Source: Nitrososphaerota archaeon (lineage in GTDB: Archaea; Thermoproteota; Nitrososphaeria; PSMU01). Taken from it: a stretch of 64,000 nt of DNA. Every line of letters starts with the position of its first letter. Position 1 is the stretch's first letter. The position numbers were made by a program, and so were the translations under genes. Shown in pieces: positions 38,449 through 47,774 of this stretch. The notes under the pieces are model-generated. The model searched no databases, was not told the DNA's origin, and was given only the letters and a program-made list of their open reading frames with translations. The stretch covers positions 160,001 to 224,000 of the forward strand of contig PSMU01000002.1 in the NCBI GenBank assembly GCA_040290255.1. Reading direction: 5' to 3'.

Positions 38449-39186
38449 CTAGCAGAGGCCCCTCTTCGCGAGACCGTACTCCGAAACCAGCGTGACCACG
38501 CCGCTCGAGGGGCCGAAGAGGCTCTTACATGCGCTGGCCCTGGCCGCGTCTATCTGTGCGTAGAGCTCGGCGAGCGCGCCCGAGGCCTCTTCTCCCGTGG
38601 TGGCGCAGCCTAGGAGGCGCAGAAGCGAACTCCTCCCCCCTTCCTCCGCGAAGGCCGAGGCGAAGAGCAGCAGGGTATTCTCCTCCAGGAACTTGACCAT
38701 GGCTTCCTCTAGGCCTGCAACATACGGCCGGCGCAGGGCCTCCAGCGCCTTGGCCGAATGCTCGGCCTCCTCGGGCGCGTACCGCAAGGTGAGGGGCAAA
38801 GAAGTCCTGGCCGAAAGGAAGCTCAGCAGGGCCGCCAGCGTGGGCTCCAAGATGGCCACATGGAAGGCCTCCACCACCTCCGCCTCCCTGGCCAGCGCCC
38901 TAGATAGGCCTTCGCGCAGCAGGGGGCTGAGCCACGCGCGAGGCCCGGCGGAGTAGGGCTTAGAGAGCTCGCCCAAGTGCCTTAGGTCCTCCGCCAGCAG
39001 CTCCGAAAGCGGCGATAGGGAAGGCAGGCGCTCGGGCGCGGCCCTCTCGAGAAGGCCCGCCCTAGCCCTGACCTCGAAGAGCTCGAGGAGCCAGAAGTTA
39101 GCGGCAAGCGTGCCGAGCGCCAGCTCCTCCGTCGGCTCCTCCTCTAGCTCCTCCAGCGGCTCGCTAAGCCAGGCCGGTTTCAGCAA
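38449..39186 (-). CDS. Hypothetical protein, possible ferritin-like diiron fold
   Basis: Helical; E...EDLRH...E...EEAEH pattern; TTG start 39186 after GGAGG (start uncertain). Confidence 0.5.
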   Translation of the reverse strand: MLKPAWLSEPLEELEEEPTEELALGTLAANFWLLELFEVRARAGLLERAAPERLPSLSPLSELLAEDLRHLGELSKPYSAGPRAWLSPLLREGLSRALAREAEVVEAFHVAILEPTLAALLSFLSARTSLPLTLRYAPEEAEHSAKALEALRRPYVAGLEEAMVKFLEENTLLLFASAFAEEGGRSSLLRLLGCATTGEEASGALAELYAQIDAARASACKSLFGPSSGVVTLVSEYGLAKRGLC

Positions 39187-39556
39187 GGCCCTCCTCCCGA
39201 TATAGGCTCGGCGATGTGCCGAAGCAATAGAACTCCAGCGGGCGGGTGCCCGTGTTGATGAACTGGTGAGGTTCGCCGGGGCCGATGTAGACAACGTCGC
39301 CCTCCCTTATGCTTCTGACCGTGGGAACCCCCTTGAGCCTGGTGAGCACGGACCCTTCGCCGCTCGTCACGATCACTAAATGCTCGTAGACATGAACGTC
39401 ATAGGGAGTCTGGCCTCCCGGCTGAAGGGAGTAAAACCTCAGCCTAAAGAACTTGGATCCCTGCGCCTCGGAGACGAGCGTCCTGCGCAAAACGCCTCTC
39501 GCCCCCCTCTCTTCGAAGGCCTCGGCGGAGACCTGGGCCGGGCGCGTGATCAGCAT
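39164..39556 (-). CDS. Cupin domain protein
   Basis: PGGQTPYDVHVYEH...GEG...GDVVYI...PHQFIN. Confidence 0.85.
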   Translation of the reverse strand: MLITRPAQVSAEAFEERGARGVLRRTLVSEAQGSKFFRLRFYSLQPGGQTPYDVHVYEHLVIVTSGEGSVLTRLKGVPTVRSIREGDVVYIGPGEPHQFINTGTRPLEFYCFGTSPSLYREEGLAETGLA

Positions 39557-39607
39557 CGCTCGAAGCGGCCGGATAAGCTTATTAAACTTACCCGCTGAGG
39601 CCACTAA

Positions 39608-39904
39608 ATGCTTCAAGTGGACGCGGCGGCGGGCCTCGTGGTGGGGGTCGCCGTCCCATTTGTCATGGGCCTACTCGTGGGCGCCGCCGTGAAGCGGACG
39701 ATAAAGCTCCTCGTCGTCATCATGGCGCTTGCGCTGTTGCTGGTGGCCTTCGGTTACGTTTCCCTGAGCTTCTCCGAGCTACTACGCGCCGCTCAGGCAT
39801 ATCTGCCCAAGCTGCTATCGGCGGGCGGCCAGCTGCTGAACATCCTGCCTTATTCCTCCGCGGCCTTCTTAGTAGGGCTGGCGCTGGGCCTCTGGAAGGG
39901 CTAA
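39608..39904 (+). CDS. FUN14-like small membrane protein
   Basis: GLLVGAAVKRTIK, AFLVGLALG. Confidence 0.6.
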   Translation: MLQVDAAAGLVVGVAVPFVMGLLVGAAVKRTIKLLVVIMALALLLVAFGYVSLSFSELLRAAQAYLPKLLSAGGQLLNILPYSSAAFLVGLALGLWKG

Positions 39905-40402
39905 CGGCCTGCCATAGCGCTCCGAGAAGGCGAGCTCCGTGAGCGGGCGCCTGTCCTTCCTCCCCCTCAGCGGGCGCGCCGGGTAGCCGAAGCCGACCAC
40001 GGCGCAGGGGTATAGGTGGTCGGGCACGTGGAACTCTCTCCTGAGCTCCTTCTCCCTAATGCCGGTGAAGGGGCAGGAGGCCACGCCCAACTCCCAGGCG
40101 GCGAGCTGCATGTCCTGCAGGGCTCTGCCCGCATCGATCTGGTGAAAGGGGAGGGAGGGGTCGGTGAGTATGATGACCGCGAACGCCGCTCCTTCAACCC
40201 ATTGGCCCGTGGTGCTGTCTCTGGCCAAGGCCTGGAGGTTCGCCTTCTCATGGACTAGGATGAACCTCCAGTGCTGTGCATTACGCCCGCTGCCCGTGAG
40301 CCTGGCCGCCTCCAGCACCCTACCCATGACGTGAGGAGGCACGGGCCTTGGGGCGAACTCCCTTACGTCCAGCTTTGTGGCGATGCATGTGAAGACGTCC
40401 AT
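39869..40402 (-). CDS. Nitroreductase family protein
   Basis: VREF, SGRNAQHWRF, IDAG...MQLAAWELGVASC, FGYP. Confidence 0.9.
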   Translation of the reverse strand: MDVFTCIATKLDVREFAPRPVPPHVMGRVLEAARLTGSGRNAQHWRFILVHEKANLQALARDSTTGQWVEGAAFAVIILTDPSLPFHQIDAGRALQDMQLAAWELGVASCPFTGIREKELRREFHVPDHLYPCAVVGFGYPARPLRGRKDRRPLTELAFSERYGRPLALPEAQRQPY

Positions 40403-40432
40403 GCCAAGGGATCGCGCACGCCGATAATAGCC

Positions 40433-41575
40433 CTATGCCGCCCCCGCGAACCTGCTAAGGGAAAAGAGCTGCTGCCGAGGTCCCTTTATTTTTCCCTCCG
40501 CGAGGTCGGCGGCCTCCTCGGCTATGGCGGGCGCGAACTTGAACCCATGGCCCGAGCAGGCGCTGATGATGATGAGGTTCTCTTGGCGCGGAAGATGATC
40601 AACGATGAAGTGCTGGTCCGGGGTGTTGGTGTAGATACAGGCCCTGGCCTCCTTAGGCCGGGCCCGCAGCGCGGGCATGTAACGATCTAGGAACTGGGCG
40701 ATGGGCCTGAGGTCCTCCTCCTTGACCTCCCTTTCCAGTCGGTCGGGCTCACAGCTGGCGCCGCCATGATGCCTTGCGACCTTGTAGAGGCCGCGTTCGG
40801 GCTCCGGTATCCCGTAGAAGAACCCCTCATTCGTCTCAGCTATTAGCGCAGGAACCTGCTCCAGCGCCCGCTCCATGCGCGAGGCGTCCCATTCAAACCA
40901 GAACATCACCTGCCTTTCGCAGGCCAGCGGAAGTTCGGGCAAGAATTTCTTCATCCAGGGGCCCACGCAGAGCAACAGGCGCTCGGCGAGATATGTGCCG
41001 CGCTCGGTCGCCACCTTAAAATGGCGCCCCAGGCTCTTCCAGCGCAGAACCCTTTCGTTCAGGCGTAACGAGGCGCCCTTTCGGCGCGCCAGGGCGAGCA
41101 GCGCCTGCACACACCTCTCGGGGTGCAACACGCCCGCCAGCGGCTCCAGCAGGGCCTGATGCCCTTGCGGAAGCCTCAGGAAGGGGTACCTGATAAGGAC
41201 CTTCTCCGCGTCCAACTCCTCAAACGGGAGCGAGTGGGGAGCGAGCGCGCGCCTAGCTCCCATGCAGAGCAGGCCATCCTCAGGGCCTATGCTGAGGCAG
41301 CCCGTGCGCCTGAAGAGCGAGGTCTGAGCCTCCAGCTCTATGCCTCGCCACAGCTCAAGGGCCCTGATCACCAGCGGCACGTATGAGGGGTGCTCGAAGT
41401 AAGAGGCGCGTATTATCCTGCTGTGCCCATGGCTTGAGCCTAGGGGGTGCGGAGGCGAGAGCTGATCGAGCCCCAGCACGGCGTGCCCCCTCTTGGCCAA
41501 CTCATGCAGGCAGGCGGAGCCCATTATGCCCAACCCTACGACTATGCATTCAGGCCGATCGTCTAGCCTGTTCAC
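40433..41575 (-). CDS. solA: N-methyl amino acid oxidase (SolA / monomeric sarcosine oxidase family)
   Basis: GLGIMGS, GSSHGHSRIIR, CIYTNTPD, SGHGFKF. Confidence 0.88.
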   Translation of the reverse strand: MNRLDDRPECIVVGLGIMGSACLHELAKRGHAVLGLDQLSPPHPLGSSHGHSRIIRASYFEHPSYVPLVIRALELWRGIELEAQTSLFRRTGCLSIGPEDGLLCMGARRALAPHSLPFEELDAEKVLIRYPFLRLPQGHQALLEPLAGVLHPERCVQALLALARRKGASLRLNERVLRWKSLGRHFKVATERGTYLAERLLLCVGPWMKKFLPELPLACERQVMFWFEWDASRMERALEQVPALIAETNEGFFYGIPEPERGLYKVARHHGGASCEPDRLEREVKEEDLRPIAQFLDRYMPALRARPKEARACIYTNTPDQHFIVDHLPRQENLIIISACSGHGFKFAPAIAEEAADLAEGKIKGPRQQLFSLSRFAGAA

Positions 41576-42056
41576 GCTCCCTCTCCCCCAACATCGCGCG
41601 AAGCCTTTCGAGGGGCCTAAAGTCCTCCTTCACGCAGGTCAGCACCACGTGCGTGTTCGTCCTCTCGACAAAGGGCATCGAGAGCAGCCGCTTGACGAAG
41701 CCGCTGAGCTCGGCCCTGTTCCTGAACTTGGCTATGACGAAGGCATCGGTGAGGCCCGTCACGTCGTATACCGCGCAGACCTCCGGCATCTTGGCGATTT
41801 CGCCCTCCATCTCCAACAGCTTGCCCCTCGAAACGGTGATCTCTATGATGGCCGTTACGTCGAACCCCAGCCTCTCCCAGTCGACTATGGCGCAGAAGCC
41901 GCCTATTATCCCCTGCTGCATCAGCCTCCTTACCCGCCTTATCACCGAGGCCGTCGTCAGGCCCAGGGCGGAGGAGAGCCTCCTGAAGGAGCGACGGGCA
42001 TCCCGGAGAAGCTCGATCAGCAGGGCCAAGTCCTCTCTGTCCAGCCGCAAGGACAA
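41550..42056 (-). CDS. Lrp/AsnC-family regulator
   Basis: LDREDLALL...DARRSF, VYDVTGLTD, RTNT. Confidence 0.92.
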   Translation of the reverse strand: MSLRLDREDLALLIELLRDARRSFRRLSSALGLTTASVIRRVRRLMQQGIIGGFCAIVDWERLGFDVTAIIEITVSRGKLLEMEGEIAKMPEVCAVYDVTGLTDAFVIAKFRNRAELSGFVKRLLSMPFVERTNTHVVLTCVKEDFRPLERLRAMLGEREREQARRSA

Positions 42057-42135
42057 GCCGTCGCCTTTGGCCTGCTTGGGTTATAAAGGCAGTAAACAAT
42101 CGATTAATAGCGGGGGCAGGCCGGGGGCTATACCC

Positions 42136-43350
42136 TTGAGGGCCCCTAGGGCGAAGAGGGATCTCCCTGCGCTGTATCTGGCGACGATGATAATAAGGGC
42201 CGGGTTTGGGTCCATCTTCCTGCTCTTTCCGCTTTATGTGCCCGCGGGCAGCGTGGCCACCGCGCAGGCTCTTGCCGCTTATCCTCTGGCCGAGCTGGCC
42301 TCCGCGCCGATCATGGGCCGGCTCGTGGACATCTGGAGCAGGAGGTGGGTCCTGCTATCGGGCCTCCTCAGCATAGCCCTCCTCACGTTCCTCATATCTC
42401 TCACGAGGAACTATCTGCTCATAGCCCTATTGCATGCCGCCATGGGCATCTCGGCGGCCGCCGTGACCGTCGCCTCGCTCACCATGGTCACGGACCTCAC
42501 AAGGCAGAGCAACAGAGGAGTGGGCATGGGCGCCTTTGACTTCTCAAACATCGTGGGCTATTCAGCAGGCATAGCGTTAGCCACGGCCCTTCTTAACCTG
42601 GAGCGAAACCTGAGCTCGATCTTCATGACCACGGCGGCGCTGCTCTTCATCGCCTGGGGTGCGTGCGCCCTTCTCTTGGAGGAGACGAAGCCGGAAGCGG
42701 GCGCACAACGCTTCGCGCTCAACCCGCTGCAGGGGCTTGACCCGGGCTCGAGGGCCCTGCTGCCGCTTTGGTTCGCGCTCACCACGGTCCTGGGCGTCAT
42801 CTTCTTCCTTCCCAGGACCCTCATCGAGAGCGGGCTCACGAGCTCCCAGACGGGGCTCCTGCTTCTAGCCGGCGCCGGCGCCCTGGGCCTGGGCTCGGTC
42901 TTCTTCGGCAGGCTCTCGGACAAGGTGGGGAGGGGAAGGATTATGGGCCTGGGCCTGATAGGGGCGGCCCTGCTTGTGTACTTTGTACGCCTTGCGGCCA
43001 GTTATGACCCGCCGAAGTTCTTCGAGCTCCTGCCCATGATAGGGCCCTCGGCTCTGCTGGCCTCGGCCCTCGTGCCCTCCGCGCTTGCCTACGTGGGGGA
43101 TAGGGCCAGGCTGGCGCTGAGGGGGACCGCCATGGGCCTCTATAGCATGATGCTGAGCGCCGGCATCGCCTCGGGAAACCTCCTGGCGGGCTACCTCCAC
43201 GAGCTGGGAGGGCTGAGCGCGATACTGGATGCCGTGGCAGGGCTGCTCGCGCTTTCGCTGATGCTCTCGGCCCTTCTGCTCAGGAGGGCTGGGCTCCTGC
43301 GCTGGGCGCTCCTGGCTAAAGGGCTCTCCGCCCTGCGAAGAAAGCCTTAG
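42136..43350 (+). CDS. MFS transporter
   Basis: GRLVDIWSRR and GRLSDKVGR motif A; start reassigned to TTG 42136. Confidence 0.85.
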   Translation: MRAPRAKRDLPALYLATMIIRAGFGSIFLLFPLYVPAGSVATAQALAAYPLAELASAPIMGRLVDIWSRRWVLLSGLLSIALLTFLISLTRNYLLIALLHAAMGISAAAVTVASLTMVTDLTRQSNRGVGMGAFDFSNIVGYSAGIALATALLNLERNLSSIFMTTAALLFIAWGACALLLEETKPEAGAQRFALNPLQGLDPGSRALLPLWFALTTVLGVIFFLPRTLIESGLTSSQTGLLLLAGAGALGLGSVFFGRLSDKVGRGRIMGLGLIGAALLVYFVRLAASYDPPKFFELLPMIGPSALLASALVPSALAYVGDRARLALRGTAMGLYSMMLSAGIASGNLLAGYLHELGGLSAILDAVAGLLALSLMLSALLLRRAGLLRWALLAKGLSALRRKP

Positions 43351-43394
43351 GCGCTAACGCACGCCTTAAAAGCGCCGCGGGCCCGAGCGCGCCG

Positions 43395-44216
43395 TTGATA
43401 TCGCCGCTCCTCCTGATCCTGCTCTCACTGCCCGCAGGGCTGCTGGGGGCGCTCACGGGCCTAGGGGGAGCCAGCATCCTCATACCCATCTTGGTCCTGC
43501 TGGGCCTTCCGCTCAAGACCGCCATCGCCACCGGCATGGTCGTCATCATCGCCACGTCCAGCGGCTCCGCCGCGTATGTGAAGGAGGGCCTGGCCAACGT
43601 CAGGGCGGCCATGTATCTGGAGCTCTTCACCATCCTGGGCGCCATAGCGGGCGCCACCATCACCAGCCTCCTGCCCTCCAAGCCCCTATACTTCCTCTTC
43701 GCCGCCTTCCTGCTCTTCTCCTTCTTCGGCCTGCGCGGGAGGCCAACCCAAGGGCAAGGGGAGGTCGTGCAGGACCGCCTGGCCAGGTGGCTAAGGCTTG
43801 AGGGCAGCTATTACGACCAAGAGCTGGGCCGGATGGTGAACTACAAGTTGACCAACCCTGTTCTGGGCGGGCTGGGCATGGCCTTCGCCGGCCTGGCGGC
43901 AGGGATGCTGGGCATAGGGGCCGGGGCCTTTAAGGTATCCGTGCACGAGCTCATCCTGCGCATGCCTCCCAAGGTCTCTACGACCACGAGCAACTTCATC
44001 ATCGGCATGACGGCCCTCGCGGGGGCGAGCGTCTACTTTAACTCCGGCCTGCTGTACGTCGATCTAGCCGCGCCGGCCGCCATAGGCACGGCGCTGGGCG
44101 CCGTCCTGGGCTCCAAGTTTTTACCCCGCATGAGGGGCCGCACGCTCAGGGCTCTCTTCCTGGCGCTGGTGCTGTACCTTATCGCGCAGATGGTGCTGAG
44201 GGGGTTGGCGGGTTGA
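43395..44216 (+). CDS. TauE/SafE sulfite exporter family protein
   Basis: GALTGLGG, IATSSG, GMLGIGAG, KVSTTTSNF. Confidence 0.9.
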   Translation: MISPLLLILLSLPAGLLGALTGLGGASILIPILVLLGLPLKTAIATGMVVIIATSSGSAAYVKEGLANVRAAMYLELFTILGAIAGATITSLLPSKPLYFLFAAFLLFSFFGLRGRPTQGQGEVVQDRLARWLRLEGSYYDQELGRMVNYKLTNPVLGGLGMAFAGLAAGMLGIGAGAFKVSVHELILRMPPKVSTTTSNFIIGMTALAGASVYFNSGLLYVDLAAPAAIGTALGAVLGSKFLPRMRGRTLRALFLALVLYLIAQMVLRGLAG

Positions 44217-44584
44217 GCGGTCAGGGCGGTATGCTCGAGAGGATCCTCGCGCTGGTGCTCACGCTGGGCGTCACCTTTAGCCTTGCGCTGTCCGCGATAG
44301 GCGTGGCCTTCTATTACGTGCGCCCCTCCCCACAGCCGGGCCCCTCCGACTGGCGCATCACGGGCACGGACTACTTCTCGTTCGCAGCCCGACTGCTGGC
44401 CAGCCTTCCTTCGGGCCTGGGCGCGTACAACCTTATGGCACTGGGGCTCGTGCTCCTGCTGGCGACGCCTTACGTGAGGGTGCTCACCTCCTTCGTTTAC
44501 TTCGCGCTCACCAGGGATGGAAGGTATTCGGTCCTAACCCTGGCCGTGCTGACCATTCTTACGTGGAGCTTGTTCGTTCACTGA
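44213..44584 (+). CDS. DUF1634 membrane protein
   Basis: LGLVLLLATPYVRV; overlaps the tauE stop. Confidence 0.8.
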   Translation: MSGQGGMLERILALVLTLGVTFSLALSAIGVAFYYVRPSPQPGPSDWRITGTDYFSFAARLLASLPSGLGAYNLMALGLVLLLATPYVRVLTSFVYFALTRDGRYSVLTLAVLTILTWSLFVH

Positions 44585-45579
44585 AGAAGTTCCCGGAGCT
44601 GCTCCCTCCTGCGCAGCAGGGCCTGAGGAAGGCCGGCCAGCACCTTCCTCCAGCGGGAGTTCGAGCCGAGGACTTCGCGCAGCAGGGGCAGCGCCTGCTC
44701 GCTGTTTCCGGCGTTGAGCAGGGCAATGCCTTGCCAGAAGCGAAGCTCATCGTTTTCGGGTGCCTTTTCACTGGCCAGCCGGTATTCGAGCAGGGCCTCG
44801 GCCGTCTTCCCCTCCGCCAGGAGCTGGTCGCCCCTGTTGGCATGCTCATAGGCCTCATGGATCCTCAACAGCCTCCTGAGCTCCTGCAGGGGCTCCGGGT
44901 GGTCATCCACGCGCAGGTCCACGAGCTTGTCGGCCGAGGGGTGGCCCTTGGCCCTTAGGCTCACGATCAGCATCGCCGCGGACTGGCGGCCTCTCACATC
45001 GCCCCCGGCCCTTTCCCCGGCCTCCAAGGCCGCCAAGAGCCTTTGGGCCAGGCTGCCCTCGGCCGCCTCGAAGGCCTCCGCCATGGCCGGCCAGACGCCC
45101 GCGCTGCTCATGAGGTTGGCCTGCACGCTGAAGCGCCTTCCCACCAGGTGCCCCGCCTCGGGGATGCAATCGTTTCCCGTGTGCACCGCCACCCTTCCCC
45201 CTATATCCAGCATGGCCACCTGCCTGACGTTGGCAAGTGGGTCCACCGACAGAAGCGCCCTGAGGGCCTCGTCGGCGCGTTTGCCTCCCCGCATTAGCGC
45301 CAGTCCGAGCGGACCATAGCTCGGCTCCGCCACCGATTGAGTGGCCACGACGCCCACGCCGGCCTCGGCCCAGCAGACGATGGAGCCCACGCAGAACCAA
45401 TGCGACTGTACGGCTACCCCCATCTGTTGGGCCTCTTCGTCGATGGCGATGATCGAATAGGTCCCGGCCCTGCGCGGGCGGAGAAGAGCCTGGCGGGCTA
45501 GGCAGCGAGGGTCGGGCGGCCCGGGCGCGGTGACATGTGATGGTCCCCTGTCCCTAAGCCCTCCCTTTTCCCTGAGCAT
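44578..45579 (-). CDS. DUF1028 Ntn-hydrolase-like protein with TPR-like C-terminus
   Basis: TYSIIA, GVAVQS, VATQ, QANLM, GGDVRGRQSAA, DLRVDDH. Confidence 0.85.
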   Translation of the reverse strand: MLREKGGLRDRGPSHVTAPGPPDPRCLARQALLRPRRAGTYSIIAIDEEAQQMGVAVQSHWFCVGSIVCWAEAGVGVVATQSVAEPSYGPLGLALMRGGKRADEALRALLSVDPLANVRQVAMLDIGGRVAVHTGNDCIPEAGHLVGRRFSVQANLMSSAGVWPAMAEAFEAAEGSLAQRLLAALEAGERAGGDVRGRQSAAMLIVSLRAKGHPSADKLVDLRVDDHPEPLQELRRLLRIHEAYEHANRGDQLLAEGKTAEALLEYRLASEKAPENDELRFWQGIALLNAGNSEQALPLLREVLGSNSRWRKVLAGLPQALLRRREQLRELLQ

Positions 45580-45627
45580 GGCCCTCCCGTCAAGCTCGCT
45601 TATATAGCCCCTTCAGTCGCGGCCCGC

Positions 45628-45999
45628 ATGCCAAGGCCGAGGGAGCCGGTCGAGCTGGGGAAGGAGCTCGAGGACAGGATCGCGGCGCTGGCCGAGCAAA
45701 GGGGGTGGATCGTTGAGAAGAGGAAGAAGTTCGGCCCGCACGTGCTGGACCTGGTGCTCAGGAGGAGGGGGCTCGTGCTGGTGGTGCAGTGTAAGAACAC
45801 GGCGGCCTCGCCCAGGGACGTGACGCAGACGAGGAAGGATTTTGAGGCCTACCTGAACTGGTTGCTGGAGGAGAAGCTCGGCATTCTCGTGCAGCCCGTG
45901 CTCGTGGCACGCGAATTCAGCGAAAGGACAAAGCGCAGGGCCTCGGGCTATAGGGTACTGTGTTACATGCCTGATGAGCTGGAGAAGCTGCTCGGCTAG
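45628..45999 (+). CDS. Small PD-(D/E)xK nuclease (Mrr-cat-like)
   Basis: ELE...DLVL...VVQCK. Confidence 0.65.
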   Translation: MPRPREPVELGKELEDRIAALAEQRGWIVEKRKKFGPHVLDLVLRRRGLVLVVQCKNTAASPRDVTQTRKDFEAYLNWLLEEKLGILVQPVLVAREFSERTKRRASGYRVLCYMPDELEKLLG

Positions 46000-46004
46000 C
46001 GAGC

Positions 46005-46712
46005 ATGGCCTGGCGAAGGACGCTGCGCGTGCTCAGCGCGCTGGTCGAGGTATATGATAGGGTCAACAGGGTCATCTCACTGCTGAGCGATGTCCCGCTC
46101 AGGAGGGAGGCCGTGGCAAGGGCTGCTCCCCTTCCAAACCCCGTCCTCGATGCGGGCTGCGGCACGGGCGCCATGGCGAAGGAGGCCCTTCGGCTGCGTG
46201 CTCGGCCCGAGCAGCTGGTGCTGCTCGACCCGCTGCCCGAAATGCTTCACCGCTCAAGGCAGGGGCTTAAGGAGGTGGCGGGGAGGGTGATGGGCATCTT
46301 CGAGGCGCTTCCCTTCAGGCCGGCCTCGCTGGGGGCCGTCCTCTGCGGCTTCTCCCTTCGCGATGCCGCAAACATAGGCAGGGCCCTTGAAGAGCTTGCC
46401 TGCGCGCTACGCCCCCAGGGCCTGCTGGTGAACGTGGACCTAGGAAAGCCCGATGGTCCCCTGCGCTCGGCCCTGCTCGGCGCCTATTGGCGCTTCGTGG
46501 CGCCGCTGCTGGCAGCGGCCGTGATAGGCGCCAGGGGCAGGCTTTACGGCGAACTGTATAACACTTATCTCCGATACCCGCGCCTCAACGAGCTTAAGAA
46601 GCTCCTGGGTCTGCACTTCGAGGTCCTCTGGCTAAGGACCAGATGGCTGGGAGGCGTGCTGCAGCTGATCGCGAGCAGGAGGGCACAAAGGGCTTATAAC
46701 ATACGGCGCTAG
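46005..46712 (+). CDS. UbiE/MenG-family methyltransferase
   Basis: YDRVNRVIS, LDAGCGTG, GFSLRD, DLGKP. Confidence 0.8.
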   Translation: MAWRRTLRVLSALVEVYDRVNRVISLLSDVPLRREAVARAAPLPNPVLDAGCGTGAMAKEALRLRARPEQLVLLDPLPEMLHRSRQGLKEVAGRVMGIFEALPFRPASLGAVLCGFSLRDAANIGRALEELACALRPQGLLVNVDLGKPDGPLRSALLGAYWRFVAPLLAAAVIGARGRLYGELYNTYLRYPRLNELKKLLGLHFEVLWLRTRWLGGVLQLIASRRAQRAYNIRR

Positions 46713-46719
46713 GCCGCTT

Positions 46720-47751
46720 ATGCCCTATGACATCGTGGACCTGCACGAGGACCTCTCCTACCACTTTATGATCAACGGCCTAGGGAGGCCCTTCAGCGAG
46801 GACGATCCGAGGAGGCCCGTGGACCTCCCCAAGTACAGGAGGGCGGGGGTCAGGCTGGTGGTTGCCTCGGTCTTCCCGCTTCAGCCTTCCCTAAACCCGG
46901 ATCTGCTCGAGAGGGAGAGGAGCGTTTACCAGCTGAAGGAGCTACAGCCCACCTACGTGGGCTCTATGGCCCGCGAGCTGGCCCTTGAGCACATTAAATT
47001 TTATCATGAGCTGGTGAGGCTTCATCCGGGCGAGTTAGTGCTGGTCAGCAGCGCCGAGGACCTGGAGGTGTTGCAGCGCTCGGGCGCCGTGGGCCTCCTC
47101 CTGCACCTGGAGGGCACGGAGGCGCTGGCGGAGCCGGAGGACATCGGCCTCTTCTACAGGCTAGGCGTGAGGTCGCTGGGGCTCACGTGGAATTACGATA
47201 CTAGGTACGCGGCCAGCTGCCTTTCCTCCAAGGATTACGGGCTTACGGGCGAGGGGCAGAGGCTCGTCCGCCTAGCCAACAGGCTCCATGTGCTGCTGGA
47301 CCTCTCGCACGCAAGCCCTAAGACCTGCGCGGAGGTGCTCGAGCTCTCCGAGGACCCACCCTACTTCAGCCACGCTAACGCGGCCTCCGTTACACAGCAC
47401 CCGAGGAATGTGGGCGACGAGCTGCTCAGGAGTTTGGGCAACAGGGGAGGCATACTGGGCTTGACCTTCATAAGGGCCTGCATAGGTCCGCCCTTCAACG
47501 CCTCTAAGCTCGCCGAGCACGCGCTTCACGTCAAGCGCGTGGCCGGGGCCCAGGTCCTGGCCCTTGGCTCCGATCTGCTGGGCTTCTCTGAGGCACCCGA
47601 AGACCTGAGGGGCCTGGATGACCTAGGCGGGCTGAGGCGGGCCCTGCTTCAGGCCGGCCTGGGCCCCGAGGAGGCGGAGGCGCTGCTAGCCCATAATGCG
47701 CGGCGCTACATCTCCTCCCTTGCCCCAGGATGGTCGGAAAAGCCTTATTAG
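46720..47751 (+). CDS. Membrane dipeptidase (M19) family
   Basis: DLHED, LEG, LTWN, DLSH, FSH, LGSD. Confidence 0.9.
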   Translation: MPYDIVDLHEDLSYHFMINGLGRPFSEDDPRRPVDLPKYRRAGVRLVVASVFPLQPSLNPDLLERERSVYQLKELQPTYVGSMARELALEHIKFYHELVRLHPGELVLVSSAEDLEVLQRSGAVGLLLHLEGTEALAEPEDIGLFYRLGVRSLGLTWNYDTRYAASCLSSKDYGLTGEGQRLVRLANRLHVLLDLSHASPKTCAEVLELSEDPPYFSHANAASVTQHPRNVGDELLRSLGNRGGILGLTFIRACIGPPFNASKLAEHALHVKRVAGAQVLALGSDLLGFSEAPEDLRGLDDLGGLRRALLQAGLGPEEAEALLAHNARRYISSLAPGWSEKPY

Positions 47752-47774
47752 CACCTCTTGGCCGCGCGGGCCAG

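Noticed and set aside
41383-42135. Apparent long N-terminal extension of the MFS (655-aa ORF)
   Set aside because: It is the antisense of the lrp and solA genes; the real start is near 42136 below a TATA box.
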